In this document: positions 36,580 to 50,049 of the stretch, piece after piece | Position numbering within the stretch: position 1 is the first letter of the stretch | Layout of the letters: each line of letters starts with the position of its first letter | Assembly (NCBI GenBank): GCA_044892525.1 | Contig: CM097885.1 | Coordinates: 225,060,001-225,124,000 of the forward strand | Direction: 5' to 3' | DNA: 64,000 bases | Origin: Schmidtea polychroa | Taxonomy: Eukaryota | Program-made: the position numbers and the translations under genes | Notes under the pieces: generated by a model | The model's database searches: none | What the model was told of the DNA's origin: nothing | The model's input: the letters and a program-made list of their open reading frames with translations, nothing else

Positions 36580-39480
36580 ATAGAGTGCGCACTGGGACAT
36601 ATTTGGTACAAATCACATTCAGATATTTGTAGTCTATGCAGGTGCAACTGGTGTACATGTATAGGACCCAGAGATTGGAAGGACCCTGAAATGTAACTGT
36701 GAAAAGAATTATCTTTACATTATATCATAAAGCATAAACCTATAAATGGAAATAGAAAATATGAAGACAATATCATTCCAAAACCTATACTTAGTGAGTA
36801 ATGGAAAAAAATGTATCGAATTTTTGTATTGAATTATAATTTTTTATTGGAAATATTTCGAGCTTAAACTTAATTTTTTTTTAATTATTTATAAGAATCC
36901 ATTTTTTTTATTTCCTAAATAAGAAAACAATGGAAAATAGAAAACCTTCTGGTAGTACAAACAAAAACGACCGCATATAGTGGAGCAAATGAAGAATAAT
37001 CAAAAATCGTTCGACACTTTTTTGGTTAAACCTCATCAAGAGGAATTGGTCAACAGAAATCAAGATATTGATGTCGGATCTGAAAAATTAATTCAAACAA
37101 CTGAGTCTATTGAAGCGGAAACTGTACGAGTAGTTCACTTAGATGACTGCAAATCCAATTGAAATAACTCCAAAAATTAAACCGGTAACTGAATCATTAT
37201 TATTTTTCAATGACAGAAGTGACTGGCCAGAAACTATTAACAGAATCTATTAAAGCATAATGTCATTAAAGCAACCGACAATGTCCAAGAAAATTTGAGA
37301 CAATATCCAAAAAAATTCGCATAATTTTAGTTTTTCTAATTATTTTCACCGAATCATGGATAATGGTGAAAAAATTCGAAGGTCGTGGTTAGTTTATTCA
37401 AAAAAGGCACAGAGATTTTTTTTGTTTTTGCCTTAAAATATTTGATCCGAATCTTTTTCTTCTACTCCTTGCAAAGTTTATAAAGACAATAACTGAAACT
37501 TTCTAAAAATTTTACAGTTTTTTGTAGAATTCGACCCGGTTATGGAGAAATATTTATTAATAGCAAAATAAAAACCAAATAGAAATCCAGAATGAAATTT
37601 TAAGACTTGATTGGCATTTTTACATCAAAAGCAAAATTTTAGAGAGGGGCCAAAATTCTGTGTACTGTTCAATTATTGTTGATTGTACCCCAGGCATCAG
37701 TCACCAGGAACAAATATCAATGCTGATTGGATGTGTAGACGTGGATTATAAAAACTGAATTACATGAAAGTTTTCTTGGATTCCACTTGATGGAAGGTTC
37801 AACAGGAATTGAATTAACAAAGATAATTATTGATTCTCTAGAAAGCTATAACTTATCATTTGAAAACATCAGAGCTATAATAATGGTGTGAATATGACAA
37901 GTCTTAGGAAGGGTGTTCAAGCTCATATTCTGAATACAAACTCCCGAGCATTTTATATTCCATGCTACAATCACACTTTCAATTTAGTAGTAGTCGAAGT
38001 GTTCACACGAAATTGCCCTTTTCTTCAACTTAACAGATTAAGTTTATAATTTCTTTTCTGTGCCAACAAAAGAATGGGTTGTTTTACAGTCAAAATGTCC
38101 ATATTTTACAGTAAAAGCACTAAGCAATACGAGATCAACACTGGAAACAATTGTGAAAACTACAGCAGAATCAATTCCTTCAAAAATCACAAGTTTCCAT
38201 TTTCTATGTTCGATCATGATTTGGTATGAAGTATTATTTAAAATAAATTTGTCAGGTAAACAATTTCAATCAATTTCAATGAATATTATGGAGGCTTCAA
38301 TGTCTCTGTAAAGTACAATGATTTTCTTGAAAGTTAAAACCAAAATAAATTTGATTCTAATATTTTAAAAGAAAAAGAACTTGCTTGAATTTTGAAAGTG
38401 AAAAATTGTTTCCCCCAAAATCCGTTAGAAGGGAAAGAAAAAAAACGATTTTTGACGAGCCTGAAATTGTCTAACAAATTTTATGTCCAAAGAATACCTC
38501 GCATAGTACGGTTTCGATCAGTACGGTTTCTCTATAGTACGGTTTTGAAATTTTCAAAATATGATTGTTTTTGAAATGATTAAATAAAATTTTCGAAATT
38601 TAAAAAAGTTTTTTTAAATTAATTTTTTAGAATTTATTCGTTATTATAAAATCATACAGCACATGTTTTGTTACGTTTAATTTCTGGTTTGTAGTTTTAA
38701 TAAAAAATTGAATAAATAAACCGTAAAAAAATTCACTACGGATACATTCACGATCGCGGTATTGCCGGCTTATAAATTTCAATAAATATATATTTAAATG
38801 TACAACTGTGTTAAATATGCTTGTTTTGCTCTTGAATATCAGAAAAATAAAAATACATAACAAAATATTTTTAGTTTACTAGATTATAATCACGATTTTT
38901 AAATTTCTTAATAGGGGTACTAAGTCGTAAATTTATTAGCGCCAGAATGCCTCGAATAGTCCGGTTCCAAATAGTACGACTAAATTCCAGAACCGATTAA
39001 CCGTACTGTTCAAGGTATTCCTGTACAAGCAAAATGTTTTCGATTAGATGTTTGAATGTGCCATAAGAGTATTTAAAGATCGTTTTGAAGCTTTTCAAGC
39101 AGAAATTGAACTACTCATATTTTTATTCAACATCAAAAAACTTTGTGATGTCGGATGAAAAGTTAAAAATTTGTTACGAGGGTTTGAAAACCAAATTAAT
39201 TGAAGGAGCTAAAACAGATATTTCTAGAGCAGAATTACACTTTGAACTGAAATCTCTCACCTCTCGATTTTCCGAAGATTTTGAACCAGAAAAATCTTTA
39301 AAATTTTTGTATAAAAAAAATTTAAATGAAATTGCATTAAAGATTCTTACAGTTGCATCTGCAGAGAAAAAATTTTAAAAATTAAAAATTATTAAAGGTT
39401 ATTTAAGATCTAGTATGATTCAAGACAGACTGAACAATTTAGCTATTATTTCTATTGAAAGCTGTAATTGGCACTGAACA
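36580..39480 (+). mobile_element. Degraded hAT transposon (ZMYM1/Tip100-like transposase)
   Basis: RSWLVYSK (about 37378), DCTPGISHQEQIS (37681), YIPCYNHTFNL (about 37953), ILTVASAEKKF*KLKIIKGYLRSSMIQDRLNNLAIISIE (39340-39460); many stops. Confidence 0.85.
38487..39023. mobile_element. pogo/Tc1-type MITE inserted in the hAT remnant
   Basis: Imperfect TIRs (left CAAAGAATACCTCGCATAGTACGGTT; right rc CAGGAATACCTTGAACAGTACGGTT), TA at 39024-25, repeated AGTACGG motifs. Confidence 0.6.
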
Positions 39481-40118
39481 ATATTTAATTCACTCAGCAT
39501 ACACCCCAGATTTTTTAATGGTTACGCAAAAAAAAGTAACGGCTCTTCAAATTTTTCCTTATTACAATAAATGCGCAGATTAATCTATATTGACTCGTGA
39601 ATTAAGGCATATAGTAATTTAAAAAAGATATATGGACTAGCTGGAGATATTTTATTTTTATCTGAGATTTTATTGTTCACGCTTTTATTGGTGGAAACCG
39701 GCAATGAGGAGACATTATAATTTAAACTCATCAATAATAATGACTAGGTTATACATAATACCCAAAAGCAAACAACTTAGATCACTAAGCTTGACAGTTA
39801 CTAGAATCAATTTAAAACGTTGTTGCACCTATACTTAAGTCATTAAAATTATTGAATATAAAGACCGTACATGATCGGTGCGGGATGTACTGTTGTCAAA
39901 TAGTAGATAATATTAATTTTTAAGGAATGGTGTCAGATTTGTTTGCGACCGACAATTAAAAGAGGCTGTTTATTTCTTTAGTGTCATCTTCAGAACAGGG
40001 GTTTTATAAGAGCACAAGAAAAAAATCGGCACATATGGGCGGGTCAATATTGCAATCAAAATATAGAGATTGTAAGGCAATAGGTATTGGATGGGAATTG
40101 TGAAAAAGAAATATTAAA

Positions 40119-40174
<56 letters not shown>

Positions 40175-41652
40175 TTATTTCTTTGATATCTAATTAATAA
40201 ATTTTCACTTTCTTTAATTAGTATCTTTAAACACTAAAAGAGTCCCGATTAAAAAAGCGGAGCGTATGGGGGGGGGCATTGTGGCATTTTAATTCTTTTT
40301 CCATTGAATAAATGTGATATTTCATCCATCGAATAAGTATAGAATTTGTCAATTGGCTCTTGTATTGGACAAATAAATTGGACCACTGTCAAACAGGAAA
40401 TTGGTCCATTTTGGTGTAAATCAATTAGCACTTTAGTTTCACTACTATAAAATGTTCTTGGTTCAATTTCAAAATTATGTAATTGAGGACTCAAATTATA
40501 TGGGAGTATGACCTAAATTTGACATTAAATTCAAATCAGAATTAGAGTATTTTTTTTCCATCATTATTAGACAATTCTGATGGGGAAAATATATCGTAAA
40601 AATATCTTTATTATAATACAAAGAATCCATATACCTTGTTATTTGTGTAATCAAAGTTTTGGAAAATCGGATCAATCAAATCTGTCAATGGAGTTTCTAT
40701 GTATGTTTCCATGTTTACACTAACCCTTTCCTGGCTAATGACGCCATTTTCAACTCCTAATTCAGCCAGGAAAGGGTTAATACCCTCAAATATTTGACAG
40801 ATTTGAATACATAATTTGAAATATTTCCTTTCCATCTATCACATTGTAATGTTTACCACTTGGACAATTAATTATTTCTTTGCAAGTGCTGTTTAACAGT
40901 TTATTCTATTTGATATTCGACCGAAAAGATTTCGCTTCCAATTATACACTATTCAAAAATGTTTTTATTATTAAAGGTTAAATAAATATTGTATCATGTA
41001 TAGAACCATTTCCATTGTTTTCGTTGAATACAGTTAACAATTAAAATCTAATTGAACTATGTTGCGAAACAATGGTTATTTCCTTCATTCGAATAAGGAG
41101 CTGATGACGGAAGACGGTTCATATTGGAATCGACATTAACTTTTGTAAGTATGACTAATTGTAGTAATGATACTGTATTATGATCAAGAATGAAAAACGA
41201 AGACCTCTTAAAAACCTCATGTGATTCAATTTTATAAATTTGAGTTTCAAATTTCTCTGGATTTCACATTTAATTTGAAACTTCCTATATTAAATTTAAA
41301 AAGATAAATGATTAGTTCTTTTGTTGAATAAAATTCTCGATGATGCATCTAGTGACATTATGTGGAAGAATGTATCCGACATTGTACACGTTTTTCTCAT
41401 CTAAACAGATCACAGAACATGCAGTCAATGGATACGTCAAGTTCCAATCAAAAATTACGCTCGAATCATGGAGACTACCACATCACAATTGAATTTCCAA
41501 ATATCCCGAAATCAAGAGTCGTATTCAATGAAATGTAATGTCATTCCTAAATTCGCAAATGCCAGATACACTTTGTACAAATAAATGGAAGTTAATCGAA
41601 AATTTTCAGACCAGTAAGGGGGGGGGGAAATATATCTTGTCAGATAAACTCT

Positions 41653-41712
<60 letters not shown>

Positions 41713-42323
41713 GACATTAAATTCATTGTTCATGTGTGTATAATATTAATGATAGTAATAATAATATCATCATTATCTTGTTTTTGACTTGGATTCCAAA
41801 TTCCTATATCTTTCACTCGTCTTGTTGATTCTATTCTAAATTTCTGCTTTTGACATTGAAGAACAATATATGTCAAATGGAGAATTCATCGGAACCTTTG
41901 AAAACATAAATCCTAATAGTTATGCAATGGAAACAAAACTGGTTTTTGAAATTGTGAATAACTGTTCAGATAGACTTTGTTCATATTCAAAATTTTCTAT
42001 TATCAAAAAGCTCACAAGTAGATTTTTAATACTATTTTTCCATGGCTTTCACTATTTTGGCTTTAATATTTGTTTTAACTTTTTTTGTTCAACTACTAAA
42101 TTTACATTTTTTTCAATAACAATCAATTCGATAATTTTCTTAAAAATCGTCACAAGTTCTTATATATTAAATTTTTGTTTAAATAATTTAGTAGCCATAT
42201 TAAAGTTTTTATATTTATTTAAATAATTCTTCATCTCTCAACTTCTATCTCTTCGTTTTTCTACTACCGAAAGCGTATTAAATTCTAAAAAATTTAACAA
42301 AAACAAGTCATTGAAAACATTTA

Positions 42324-45300
42324 TTATTTCATTTCATCTGATATCACATAGTGAAAGTTTTGACTGGTATAAATCAACAATGCAGATGCAGAAACGTGAG
42401 TTTCCATTTCTGCGACTTCAACTTCATGATACCAAGCAATATTTCCCCATTTGCTAACCTATGTATTATAAGCAAATTGTATTTGTAGATAACACAGTTA
42501 TATACACAGACTATACCTGATGCTCATACTCTAAACGGCTCAATTTAACTGCTTGCTCCACTGATAACACGTTATCAGTCAGAGCTATAGCCAAATAAAC
42601 TGATTTCAAGGTTTCAATACAATGCTGAAAACCTGATGATTATTAAAAAATAATTTAATTAAATTCAAGTTTAGATAGATGTAAACAAAGAAAATGTTCG
42701 GTTTGTTTTACGATTTTATTTCAATAAAGGTGAAAACGCAAGCTAGGCGGCGGCTGAAATTGTAAATGGTGTATATGGTCCCAATACTGCAACAACCAAT
42801 CAAGCGCAATTTTGTTTTCGTCGATTTCGTTCATGTAAATATGATGTGAAAGATCCATTACGCAATGGGAGGCCTATCGTCGAAAATGTCGATAAAATCT
42901 AGGAAATGGTTGGAGTAGACTGCCATTAAAGTTGTCATAGCCCAGGAACTAAAGATCGAGTACAGAATACAGTCTTAAATCATTTGCATAAAGATGTGTT
43001 GTAAAAAAGCTTCATAATTGGGTACCGCGCGAGTTGACAGGAGAAAACTTGATGTTTCCATCTGCGAATCCTTGGCCAAATGGAACGAAATCGAAACATT
43101 TCTGAAGAAGTGACGAGAAATGGATCACATACGAAAATGTCAAGAGACGTTTATAGTTGAAAGCCGATGAAGCAGCCCAAACGATGACCAAACAAGGATT
43201 GACAGCCCGGAAAGTCTCACGCTGTGTTTGGTGGGATTGGAAGGGGATCATTTATTATGAGGTGCTCCCAATGGCCAAACACTCAATTCGAATCTTTATT
43301 GCCACCATTTGGACCGATTGAAAGCAGCAACCAACCAGAAGAAGCCAGAATTGGTCAATAGAAGAGGTGTCATGTTCTACCAGTGCAATGCAAAACTCAC
43401 ACATCTATAATGACCCGCCAGAAGCTCAGCGAGCTTGGTTGAGAAGTTCTTATGCATCCACCTTATAGTATGGACCTGCCCCTAAGCAATTATCAACTGT
43501 TTTTTGTCTATATCAACGGTGGGAAATTGACCTCAAAAGAGGCTCGTGAAAACTGGTTATCTCAGTTTTTTGCAACTTGGAACAAGTCATTTTGGGAAAG
43601 TGGCATAATGAAGTTACCTTCTAAGTAACAACGAGTCATCGAAAACCTGGGGGCATATTTAAGTCTAAGCGAATGATTGTAACAATATTAAATAAAGCTT
43701 CAAAATAAACGTAAAAATGAATTTCTTTTTCCCCAACCTAACATTACACAATTTTCATTTCTGTTCGAAATTCTTGTGTCACTTAGTAATAATATTTTCA
43801 TTGATGCCTACTGTCCAATGAAATCTATTTCGAACTATAGAAGATACCCATAGCTCCAAATAATACAGGCAAATAGATCTTAATATAAGCGGGGCATTAT
43901 TATGTTCTTGAATATGAAATTCTATAAGGGCATCCAAAAAATGGAGATTTACAGAATTTTCTTTAATTTTCAAAGAATTTTATTGCATTCTGTGCGAAAT
44001 CTGATGACAATACTTTTTTCTCAAATATTTATTTTATAATTATTAAAATATCTTTCGATTCCCAACAAACTATTTTTCAAAAACCAAAAAATAGAGAGTT
44101 GAAAATAAGCCAGACAAATAATCTGTAATTCGAAAGTGAGAAGGAATATATTTTCGGAACTAAAGAGGGTTGGAGGTAAATTGTAGACAAAATTATATAA
44201 ATTTCTTTTAATTAAAAAAATTTTTTTATTAAAAGACAATTGTTATCTTATGTAAAAAATAGTTAATAATAAATAAGTTATTTCGACAAAAAAAGAAATC
44301 TGTAAATAATTGTAGGTTAAATGTTTTTGAATCGTTTCAACCATCCATTTCATTCCATTCAACAATTTTGCAACAAATTGATATTATATTAAATTAGATA
44401 GATCAAATTAAAATTTACTTAAACAATTATTTTTAATTGATATTATCTGAAAATCGACTTTTATCTATTGAATGATGTATATAATTTATTTAATTTGACA
44501 AATAAATTCTTAAAGCTTATTTATTTTTGAAAATGAAATATTATTTTTGGTAATGAAATAGTTCAAACTAAATATTTGTATAATTTTCAATTGGCTCATT
44601 GGAAATATTTTTTACTATAGAAATATTTTTTACTACATAGTTTTCAAACTAAAATTTTGATATAAATTAAATATATAAACTAATAAAAATATAAACAATA
44701 AACACTTTTAAAAAATTATCAATTTTGAATTGGACAAAATAAATATTAAGAAATTAATAATTATAAATCAAAAACGTACTATTTATTATAAGGTGAAAGA
44801 TGTGCACTTATGTAAACATTATTAATATGAATCTGAAAGGAGAAAACAATGATAAAAATATCAAAAAATTTAGCCCATTTCATTCAACCGGAAAATAATC
44901 GAATTTTTGGATTGGGGAAATGAAAATTTTAAATTACTATTAGAAAAAAAATACCTGTCAGACCGAAGTTATTGTTAGCTAGTAAATGCCTTTCGAATAT
45001 TTTACGAGACTCGTGTGGTAGCCTAGGTAAAACAATGCCGTCAGTAATGACTGGAGTAACATTGTATTGCTGTTCAATGTATTCCAAAACTGGATTCCAG
45101 AATGCACATTGCAGTTCATGCAAGTCATCCGGTTCAGTGCATCGAAAACTGAACATGAATGGATTTTTTTATACTTTTAGTTAATAACAATTTTCATTAT
45201 TATAAATTTTTATATTTTTTTAAATTGTCTTGCATTTGTTTTTTTTTAACTTTTATTTGTTATGAAACCTAATAAAATCTCATCTGATCTTACATGAATT

Positions 45301-47763
45301 TGTTGAGGATACCTGAATAATAAATAATATTAGGGGAAACCGATAGGGTGATTGGGATAGCACTCGGAAACTTGGAGAAGAAAACAGAAAAGCTAAAAAA
45401 TTGAGAAATGAGGAAGGAATAACAAAACAAAAGAAATACAACAATAAAGCGGCGAAAGGTCACTTGTAATTAATAAGTGCCAGAAACCAAAACGGAATTC
45501 CAAAATTGGAAAACAAAAACAAAACATGAAAACAAAATCGGCATCTCCGAACTTTCAGAGATAACGTGGGAAATAGGAAAACATATGCAAAAATGCAAGA
45601 AAATCCTGAGTGCCGAACTGCCAGGGGCAACACGAGAGTTGGGAAAAGTATGGGAAATGCCAGAAGCAAAATGGGGGAAATGCCAAATTATCTCGAGTGC
45701 CGAACTATCGGTGATAACACAGGTGCTATACAGAGTATGGAGAGACAGGAATGGAAAAAATGATTTGATTTTTATAAAGCAAGTCTTCTTAATGGAATCA
45801 GAGAAAAATTAGTGGTCGAGGGAAAATTAAAAGATAGTCGAGAAATAATTGTAATTAGAGAAATTAGAAATTGGAAAGAAGAGAAAATATTGGAACTAAA
45901 TGTTACGCTAAATTTGAGTTCAATAAGAAAGGTTTTAAGTATACAGAAACAATTCAAGTCAAAGCAAAGGAGAATTCAATTCAATATACCGAATTATAGA
46001 GTTAGATTAGTGGCTAGTGATTGTTCAGTAATTGGGAATTATACGAGTAGAGCTATTCCTCACGTAGCTCTGTGTAATTTCCCATTTGAGTATTGAATCA
46101 ATCGTGTTGTTATAATTTGTGTAATCAATTGTGATAATCAATAAAGGTTTATATTGTATTCTCAGTATCTTATTCATATTCAAAATCATTCTTAGATATA
46201 ATTTTGTCATATACTTTAGGCATTTTTTAAACTACATATTCGTTGACATCGGTGAACATTTTTTATTTTATTATAAACAAGCACAGAGAATCCTTATTCG
46301 TCAAAATAGAATATTTCTATAAGTTTTAATGATTCTTTAAGTTGTTAGATTTCGCAAAAGTACATTCAGTAAAATGGGCAACTTTAGATGGTTCCAGGAA
46401 AATTCACGGAATGGAAATAATTAGATTTAGATATACAATATAATTTTAAAACTTATATCAATATAAAATGTTTTTAATCATTATTATTTTTATAAATTTA
46501 ATAGTCCAATATGGCCATTCAATTCAATATTTATTACTACAATATTAATTACTAATAAAGACTTTGGTTACGATTCTTTTTATGTAAGATTATATTTTTT
46601 ATTATGTTTATTTAATTTAAAATATTTTTAAAACTATTTTTATTTTATTTTTATTATTTCTAGCTAAAATAATTCATATTAAATAAATATTTAAATTTTA
46701 AATAACACATTTAAATTTAAATTAAATAAAACATAAAAAATATAAATATAAAATTTGAATACAATTTTAAAAAAAATTGTGTTTATTTGATTATTTAATT
46801 TAGAAAAATTTAAATTGACATTAAATATATTTTTAAATAATATTAAAAAATTGTAATATAATTTAAAAATAAAATAGTTTTAATAGAATCAATATATAAA
46901 TAATTAAAAAAATATTAACACTAGATTTACAGACTGAGCCAATTTGACTCATTTAATATATATAAATTTAATTGAAATTGTAATTTTAAATAATATCAAA
47001 AAATATTTTTAAAAAATATTATTAAATAATCAGGCAAATAAAAAAGTAAAAATTAAATAAATATAAATAAAATTTAAAAATAAATTTATATAATTTTAAA
47101 AAGTATTAAATAAATGTCCATTTACACGACCAGGGTCAAGTGTAATGTCTTGACCCATAAACTGTGCAGGCCCTTACATAAACTAATTATAATAAATTTA
47201 TACATAAAAATTGAGATTTATTAAATAATCAAAAATAAAATATTAAACCACATATAATGTATTGATTGTATTGGTTATTCTTACCAAATTGTATCACTAT
47301 CTAGATATTCCAATAATCCTTTAACAATAAGTTCTGAATTTCTTCCTGTTGGGTTATCTATTGCTCTATTACATAAAGATGTCTATAAGAAGCATTAGTC
47401 TGTAGTTGCAAGTAACTATCTTACTAAAGACATACTATATCTTTTGATGGTTTCATTTTGAGAATCCCATTCATGAGCAATAGCATGTGCTAGACTTTCA
47501 CTATTAATAATAAATGGATTTCCATTTGGAGTTTTTAAAGCCTTTGAATCAAGAAGAATTTGGTATTCATTTACTTATATATTAAAATATTAAAAATTTA
47601 TATAAATAAATTACCATTCTGTGTGGCTACTGATACATTCTTATAAAATTTTTTTAAATCTAAAATTTGAAAAACTTATACTGGTTACAAAATTAACTTA
47701 ATAACTTTTAGCTGAAGAGTAATTTCTTCGGATAAATAAAGATAATTTTGTGAAATTAAACAT
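42324..47763 (-). CDS. ATPAF2: ATP synthase mitochondrial F1 assembly factor 2 (ATP12), 264 aa. Exons 47763-47706, 47659-47615, 47573-47425, 47382-47285, 45148-44955, 42632-42517, 42458-42324
   Basis: MFNFTKLSLFIRRNYSS (presequence-like), KKFYKNVSV, LLDSKALKTP, LAHAIAHEWDSQ, TSLCNRAIDNP, YLDSDTICFR, LKSVYLAIAL, SRLEYEHQVSKWGNIAWYH. All introns are GT-AG, phases are consistent, and the CDS is 795 nt. Confidence 0.95.
42672..43741 (+). mobile_element. Degraded mariner (mellifera-subfamily-like) in ATPAF2 intron 5
   Basis: DVNKENVRFVLRFYFNKGENAS..VNGVYGPNT..RRFRS..GRPIVENVDKI, WVPRELT, DEKWITYEN, WWDWKGII, HPPYS. Right TIR ATTTCTTTTTCCCCAACCTAA; left TIR lost. Confidence 0.9.
45301..46259 (+). 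mobile_element. Solo-LTR-like insert in ATPAF2 intron 4
   Basis: TGTT...AACA termini, A-rich body with repeated GAGTGCCGAACT/GGGAAATGCC motifs, AATAAA near 46140. No TSD confirmed. Confidence 0.4.
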
Positions 47764-48449
47764 CAAACTTATAGAATTAAAAGTATTATTAAAACAATTA
47801 CTAAATTACGACCTTAAATAAAATAGAAATAAAAACACAGATTTATTGAATAATATTACGCGATAGTCAAGTAAAACTTGAACTCATCATATTAAATATG
47901 TATATTGGCTTGTATAGGATAAAATCCAATTTAAATCCAATTTAATTCAAAATATCTGATTGAAAAACTTATGTAGATATGATCAAATTTACACAAAATT
48001 AAATTTATATTAATAAAAAATTTCAAATAAAAAGTAAAAAAAATACTGATAGTGGATTCGCAAAAGCTAATTACTATATTCCTTAGATTAATCGTTCTGT
48101 GGGGTAGTGACAATTGACCAAATTTCATCTCCTTGACAACTAACGTGCTTCATCCTCAGGGTTGTTACTATTATTCGAATTCCAAAAAGTCGCAACTTTA
48201 AAACAAAGTTTGATTCCACCAAATCACACCTATCAGAAGTGACAGTGGTACCGTGTAGCTTGGGTGGGACGCGAAAACCAGTTGAAAATTCCCCAGGCTT
48301 ATTAAGTTTCAAATTTTTCGGGTTCATATGTAACACATTTCTAATGATAGCTTCAATTAATAGTAATTGGTTAGTTCTCAAACAAATTTGAAATAGAGTT
48401 GAGATGTGCATTCGAACAGCAACACCAAGATACATTGTCGATTCACTTG

Positions 48450-48680
48450 ATGATGTTTCATAAATTGCCATAGTGTGAGATATAGGATCACTAGATTTCA
48501 GAACGATTCGTGAGTTACGACCTGAAGTGTACAAAGAAAGAACTTCTCGAATTGAAAAATACATCATTAGTGCATTAAATGTCTCCAACATAATTTGAGT
48601 CATGGATACCATGTCTGCTTTGGGAATATTGAAAAGAACTTCTCAGTTCCATGCGAAAGAGTTAAAATGAACAAAGATAT
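48450..48680 (-). pseudogene. Actin fragment (decayed)
   Basis: [49 protein letters not shown] aligns to actin [49 protein letters not shown]. The conserved DSGDG loop is destroyed and the homology stops afterwards. Confidence 0.75.
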
Positions 48681-50049
48681 AATTGTCAATCATTGACTAT
48701 CAATGTTAACACTTTTGAATCCATATCCATTCTTTAAGTTAAACCATTTAATAATGAAAATGAAAGTTTTTAAAAATCTTTATTCTATTCAAAAATTTCA
48801 TTTATTACGATTCTTATGCCTTGAAAGACTGTTTCTCGTTCATAGTCTGCTAAGGCATTTGAACTAGTAAACACACAGTGCCACTAGGTTTATTTAGGTA
48901 ACATTTTATTATTTTTCCCCGATTTAATCAATCCCGTCATCGTTGTAATATAAATAGGGAGACGTGTGAAAATAGTTTCGTTATAATCAAGTATAGTAAC
49001 GATATGATNNNNNNNNNNNNNNNNNNNNNNNNNNNNNNNNNNNNNNNNNNNNNNNNNNNNNNNNNNNNNNNNNNNNNNNNNNNNNNNNNNNNNNNNNNNN
49101 NNNNNNNNNNNNNNNNNNNNNNNNNNNNNNNNNNNNNNNNNNNNNNNNNNNCGGGTACGATGCGTGATTTTCACGCAGGCGCCACGGCGGAAAAATACAA
49201 AAGGCGGCAAAATTGTACAGAAATTTGTTATTTTCATAAGATTTTTATGTTTTTATAATAAATATGAATTAAATTAAAAGTAATAAAGTTATATTGTTTT
49301 GTTATGTATGCATTTATCGTTTTTTTTACTCTTATTTTGGAATGCGAAGGCGGTAATATGCAATTTTCACACATCATCTGAAACTCTAGCGCCGGTGCTG
49401 ATTATTATTATTATTATTATTGTAGTAGATCGTTGTAAATAATTGTAAATAATTTTAAATAATTGTTATAAACAATACCATAATTAGGTTCTGTGTTTTT
49501 TATTTATTATCGTCCCCATAGCGTCGGGGAAAGAAAATTCAATAAAAAAATTGAAAATTGAAAAAAAATCGATAAAAAATTCACGACAGGAAGTAGTAAA
49601 AAGAAAATTCTATTGTTAGCAATTTATCATCAAATACCCGAGTATCAATAAGAAGAAAAGAGCAAATTAATCCTCGAAAGAAAGTAAAGACTATTTTATA
49701 TTTCTATTGTAAGCAATTTATCAACAAATTATATTTTATGAGTTTTATGTAATATTTATTTATAGTCATTCTCACCTTTATTAATTGATCAACTCATCCT
49801 TAGCTGTTATAGCGACAGGTCTAATTACAGTTTATTACGTTCTAGCATAGTTTGACATATCTTCTGTGCTTATTTAAATTATCCTACGCTGTTATTTAAA
49901 TACTCTCTAAATTATTACTACCAATGATATTAATTATTATTTAGAAAGGTACATTTAATTAACGTTTAGAATACCTTTAAATGATTACTTACAATTTTGT
50001 TAAAATCCTAGAAGCTGGAAATTACTAAAGGTTAATATTTAGATAATCT

